Positions 58,752-64,000 of a DNA stretch of 64,000 nucleotides are shown here, in pieces. The notes under the pieces were generated by a model. The model did no database searches and was not told the origin of the DNA. It was given only the letters and a program-made list of their open reading frames with translations. The DNA comes from Octopus vulgaris (Eukaryota). The DNA lies in NCBI GenBank assembly GCA_951406725.2, contig OX597820.1, positions 38,812,001 to 38,876,000 on the forward strand, read 5' to 3'. Both the position numbers and the translations under genes were made by a program. The stretch's first letter is position 1. Each line of letters begins with the position of its first letter.

Positions 58752-58832
<81 letters not shown>

Positions 58833-58908
58833 ATAGATAGATAGAGATAGATCTATCACTGATATTTCAGTACTCTTTTTTCCACCTTGTTATATATCTA
58901 TCTATCTA

Positions 58909-59000
<92 letters not shown>

Positions 59001-59001
<1 letters not shown>

Positions 59002-59212
59002 CCTTACCCTTACCCTTTACCCTTACTTGTTTCAGTCATTTGACTGCGGTCATGCTGGAGCACCGCCTTTAGTCGGGCAAATCGACCCCGGGACTTATTC
59101 TTTGTAAGCCCAGTACTTATTCTATCGGTCTCTTTTGCCGAACCGCTAAGTGACGGGGACGTAAACACACCAGCATCGGTTGTCAAGCAATGCTAGGGAG
59201 ACAAACACACAA

Positions 59213-59245
<33 letters not shown>

Positions 59246-59402
59246 CATATATACGACAGGCTTCTTTCAGTTTCCGTCTACCAAATCCACTCACAAGGCT
59301 TTGGTCGGCCCGGGGCTATAGCAGAAGACACTTGCCCAAGGTGCCACGCAGTGGACTGAACCCGGTTGGTTAGCAAGCTACTTACCACACAGCCACTCCT
59401 GC

Positions 59403-59405
<3 letters not shown>
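59001..59405 (-). mobile_element. SINE family A, full length, (TAAGGG)n-type tail
   Basis: Same organisation as 11291-11692. The 3' tail reads caagtaagggtaaagggtaagggtaaggg on the minus strand. Confidence 0.85.
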
Positions 59406-59466
<61 letters not shown>

Positions 59467-60320
59467 TATATATATTTATATATATAGTTATCAGGTATAT
59501 TCGGTAGTCAACTGAAATGACGAATTCTTATCGTCCGAAATAATCAACTGATTCATAATTTATCTATATATTTATTCATTTATTTATATTTGGGCTAAAT
59601 ATGGAGGACTTGGCGACTCATGCAGCACTTTCCTGACGCTAAGATGTTAGAGGTATGACGTTGCCAGACAGGATTTCATGCTCAACTACTCAATAATGTT
59701 TGTAGAGTTACAGATTACTATAGCTGTAGCATAAACACCCTGCTTCGGCTGAAGATTACCGCAAGTAAACATGGATGTATATGTGAGAGATATGAAACCA
59801 TTTGCGCCAGGTTTATAGCTCTATAAGGTAATGATGATGGTATGTATATATGTGTCTGTGTGTGTGAGTGAACTACCTATGTATGTGAGTAAACTTTCTG
59901 GTGTATGTTGCGTACCGTTACTAATAAATGAATGAAAAAATGCATTGTAAATATACAGTGACAGATAAAAATGTATACGTATAAGACACAGAGTGTCAGT
60001 AATTCGCACCATTAATGATAAGATTGCTGGGCTTCCCATCTTGACGGTGCTTGCGAAAAACACAGAGAATCGGGCTTCACATATATAAATACATACGTGT
60101 ATGTATATATATATATATATATATACATACTAACATAATACATACATACATGCATACATACAGTTGTGGGCTATGCGATAAGAGGTTCCTTCCCAACCAC
60201 TTCACTCCAGGTTGAGGCCCATTGCGTGGCACCTTGGGCAGATGTTTTCTATACTATAGCCTCGGGCCGAGTAGATTTGATATACATATACATACATACA
60301 TACATATATATCCATTTCAA

Positions 60321-61830
60321 ATTTACAGAAAAACAAAAGACAAAGACAGGTGTATGTTAGTTTAACGTTGGGGAAGGAGAGAAAGTCTTTTTACGATTTG
60401 AGACTACGCTCTTCAATAGAAAAGAAGACGAGGAAATAAATAGAGAGAGAAAAAACTGTGCATAGACACCCCCAACAAAGACAGGTGTCCTAATGAATGA
60501 CCGGTAACGTAGAAAAGGCACGAGACCTGGGTGTCGTTGTCGAGTTTAATGTCTCGGAGGTGCTCCGCGAACCGGTTAACCAAGCGGCGTCCCGTTTGAC
60601 CGATGTACTGAGAAGGACAGAAAGAGATGCACCAAATGACGTTGCTAGAAAAGCATGTATATGAGTCAGTGATATGATAGGGGCGATGATGGTAGTGTTG
60701 GAGTGGTAGGGGTAAGTGCGGCACCGTGGGCGGGAGCACAATAATGACCCAGGTTGGGAGGTGGGGTTGGGGAAGAAACTGGACCAGGAGGTCGCCCAGG
60801 ATGTGGGTTCGTTTGAAGGATGGGAGCGATAGGTTGGGGAAGATTTGTGAAGTGGAGGTCTCGGACCGGAGTCGCCGGAAGGCTCGGAGAATGGTGCGTT
60901 GGAGGGACAGGGTGGAGGGGTGGTAGGTAAGGGGAAACCAGAGACGGGTACAGGGATAGAGTAGAGGCACGGTCTACAGAATGTTCTCTGCCAAGGGAAA
61001 TGTGGAGAGTGGTGAGGGTATATCCACGAAGAATGAAGTGGGGAGCTATGAGTGGAGACTGAGTCTCAAAGACAGCCTGTGCAGACGGAGGTATTGGGAG
61101 TAGGGGATGGAGAGCTTCGTGTGAGTAGGGTGAGAGGAGGAGAATTTGCGGTTTGTGTGTGAGTCGGTATGTTTCGATTAGAGGGCAGAGGGCAGTAGAA
61201 GGAGGTATCTTGACGTTGGAGGAGAGTTTCAGCCCCGTAGAGTTTCACGCTCCACACAGCTACGGCTCTACCCTTGTCAGCCAGTTTTATGAAAATGTAT
61301 TTGCGGCGTCGGAGACATCGAAGAGCTGAGAGTTCAGCTGAGGAGATGTTCAGATGTCGGGGACGCCTGCTAAAGTTAAACCGGTCCACAACACCTTGAC
61401 AAATGCTTGCAAAATGATCGACCGCTTGGAATAGGCCAAGAGCTGGCGTCCGGTGGGATGGACGGCGGCGCAGGTTGGTGAAGCAGTCCTATTCGTTAGA
61501 TGCAGGTGGAGCGTTGTGGAATAGTGAATATAGCCTGACACGGCGCACAAAGATATGAATATTAGCACGAGTCTGAAATTTGTTAGTGGATGGAGTGAAG
61601 GGGATGAACTGCAGGCCCCTATTGAGAAGGGAGCGCCAGAATTGTAACAACAGACTGAAGCGGGGAGGGGTGGATAGGTCAGATGTGGGAGGAGTGGTGC
61701 TGGTAGTCGAAGGATGAGAGGAGAGAGAGGAGGGCTAAATGTGTGGGGTGGAGTGACGGAGGGTTTGGGGTGAAGATGACGGGGAAGCGTATCGGGGAGG
61801 GAGTTGGGTTTAGTGATATCGGGTGTGACA
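60321..61830 (-). mobile_element. Penelope-like element, internally deleted (N-terminal domain, thumb and GIY-YIG; RT core missing)
   Basis: NISSAELSALRCLRRRKYIFIKLADKGRAVAVW (DKG motif) joins almost directly to SQYLRLHRL (cf. SQFLRLRRLCS). This is followed by YTCFSSNVIWCIS..CPSQYIGQTGRRLVNRFAEHLRDIK (GIY-YIG) and a pLTR at 60321-60460. Confidence 0.88.
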
Positions 61831-62139
61831 GAACGTATCACCACAACTTTCTCTCACTCTTCCTGTTTCTGTTGTACCTGTATTTCAAAGCGCTAGCCTT
61901 GTCACACTCTGTCACGCTGAATCTCCCCGAGAACTACATTAAGGCTACACGTGTCTCTAGAGTACTCAACTACTTGAACGTTAAGTTCACAAGCAGGCTG
62001 TTCTGTTGATTGGATCAACTGGAACCATCGTCGTCGTAACCGAAGGAGTGTCGTCCCACTCTCGCCTCCTCCACCTCCCAAAAACATCACACCACACCAC
62101 ACCACACTACACCATACAACATTACACATCACATCACAA

Positions 62140-62505
62140 CACACCACCCACACACCCCTCCGCACATTTTCACACCTTCACATACATACGCGCACACGTC
62201 CATACATACTCTCTTATACACACACGCACCTTCGAGTTGGGGTCATCTTCACTTTGTTATCTCCCCTACTTTCCTCCTCGTGTGTGACCCTTCTGTCCGA
62301 GTCAGACGCCATGATAGATCTTTAGCCACTACACACATTTTTTTTCTCTCCTTGTTCCTCTCCTTGTTTTCTGTGTCCCTTTCTGTAGAAGATAGTAGGC
62401 TCGAAACGTAAAAGCTTTTTCTATTCCTGAGCGTTATACTAATACATCTGTTTGTTTTGTACACCACCCGTCTTCGTCTTTTGTTTTTTCCTTAAACTCT
62501 CCCTA
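62140..62505 (+). mobile_element. PLE pLTR in inverted orientation relative to the adjacent PLE, with variant hammerhead
   Basis: Reverse-complement homologue of 60321-60460 and direct homologue of 10008-10210. Contains CTTT-CTGTAGA-A-GATA-gtag-GCTC-GAAAC-GT-A-AAAG at 62379-62414. Confidence 0.75.
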
Positions 62506-63289
62506 TATATATACTCATAAACATATGTAGGTAATATTGTTTCTTTTTATGTTCACTTTCAATAAAAAAAAATTGTACAATGATTTGAAGTATTAGTCTA
62601 TAATATTGTAGAGTACAAATTTATTATTCTTATACAAAAATGTTGTTTTCAGTAACTTCGAAGTTTATATAGTTGGTGAGTTCTTTGTTTGAATATATTT
62701 CATTTGGTTACACCACGCATAATAATTCTATTCATTGATAAACAGACAAATATATTTTTCAATATTCGTTTGTACTCAGCACTTTGCTTATACCTTGGTG
62801 TGACTATTGTCATAAAATTAGTTATATATGTAGAGCGTGTTTGCATCTGTTTCAGAGGAAACTATTCAATGGAAATATGTCTCTGTGAAAGGTAGAACAT
62901 AGAAACACAATAAAACATTAATACGATATATAGGAAAGAAAGTCAATGACTATTGTATGTACACAAAGAAAACAGAATCACATGCTATATATGCAGATGC
63001 TTTGCATTCATGCATCAGGACATTTATCGCATTAAATACAGAGGCCAAATAAGAATTATGAATACGTACACATTTCTTCACGCGAGCCAGCTGAGTTGAA
63101 AGTATGTATGTATATATGTATGTATGTACGTACCTATGCATGTATGTATGTATCCATGTATATATTTTGGTTTGTTTGTATGTATGTATGCATGTATGTA
63201 TGTATGTATGTATGTATGTATGTATGTATGTATGTATGTATGTATGTATGTATATATGTATGTATGTATGTATGTATATATGTATGTAT

Positions 63290-63936
63290 GTCATTGTTTA
63301 CCTTTATTTCTTGCCAGTAGAGAAAGAACCGGTTTCCAACCAAGATACAAGGCTCCTCCATGGAATTTCAGCATCAACAACAGGGTATTTTCGTATGTAT
63401 GTATGTATGTATGTATGTATGTATGTATGTATGTATGTATGTATGTATGTATGTATGTATGTATATGTATATATTTGTATGTTTTGCTTTATGTAAGTAT
63501 TCTCATGCATGTAGTTGCATAACAAGACATGCTCGTATATATATTTAAATGATAAACGTCCGGAAAGTCTTACAAACTTTTACAGTTCCAGTGACGCATT
63601 GGATTTGTAGTTTTCGAATTAACCTTCTCCTTTCTGGTTTTGAGAAGCCTAACTTCTTAAGTTTGCTATTTAGACAGTGTGTTTCATATACTAGGGCCGC
63701 AATAATTACAGATATACACCTGGACTTTTAATCTGATAGAGTAACTTCAGATTTCTCAATAGTTCGGCGTAGGTATTCTCTTTTTCACAGATCTTCAGCT
63801 TTATGTTAACATCAGCTGAGCAGCTAATTTCAACAACTGTACACAGTTTCTCTTCTCAGCCCAAATCACTATATCAGGTTTATTGTGCTTACATTTTATT
63901 GCGGTCTTCGCTGGGATATTCCACAAGTACTCCATG
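63290..63936 (-). mobile_element. Non-LTR retrotransposon 3' end with restriction-like endonuclease (R4/Dong/NeSL-type)
   Basis: Minus strand EYLWNIPAKTAIKCKHNKPDIVIW / EEKLCTVVEISCSADVNIKLKICEKENTYAELLRNLKLLY / ISVIIAALV matches the PD..(D/E) RLE pattern KPDIV..I.E.S...D.N..K..EK..KY...IP.IIGALG. It ends in (CATA)n. Confidence 0.8.
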
Positions 63937-64000
63937 GGCCCCTCAAACGATATGTGGAATTGTAGATCAAATTTAGATGGATAGATTAGAGGTGCAAGGA

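Noticed and set aside
59744-59775. CTGAAGA-TTAC-cgcaa-GTAA-ACATG motif
   Set aside because: The GAA half of the core is absent and no helix I partner was found.
63320-63365. Minus-strand GGAGGAGCC...GGTTGGAAACCGGTT hammerhead-like motif in the RLE element tail
   Set aside because: It has a palindromic ACCGGT, but the CUGA half of the core and helix I are not supported.

Overview
AT-rich, microsatellite-saturated eukaryotic (animal) DNA. The SINE families and (TA)n/(TATC)n/(CATA)n density look like an octopus genome, which is an inference. Only one host gene is convincing: an intronless KCTD8/12/16-family BTB+H1 gene on the minus strand (36334-37092). The rest is a retroelement graveyard: an RT-less Gypsy LTR element with both LTRs, PBS, PPT and a 5-bp TSD, carrying a nested SINE; several Penelope-like (PLE) remnants with GIY-YIG motifs; RTE, CR1-like and RLE-type LINE remnants; tRNA-derived SINEs; mariner-type MITEs; and MULE-like remnants. 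The most striking unexplained signal is a dense set of minimal type-I hammerhead ribozymes. Four have intact or compensated cores (27819, 46519, 47863, 58637) and several more carry core variants. They have palindromic helix III, sit in short non-coding cassettes in or next to (TA)n tracts, and are often part of fold-back (inverted-repeat) structures. Nearly all ORF-track entries are microsatellite translations. All alignments and folds were done by eye.
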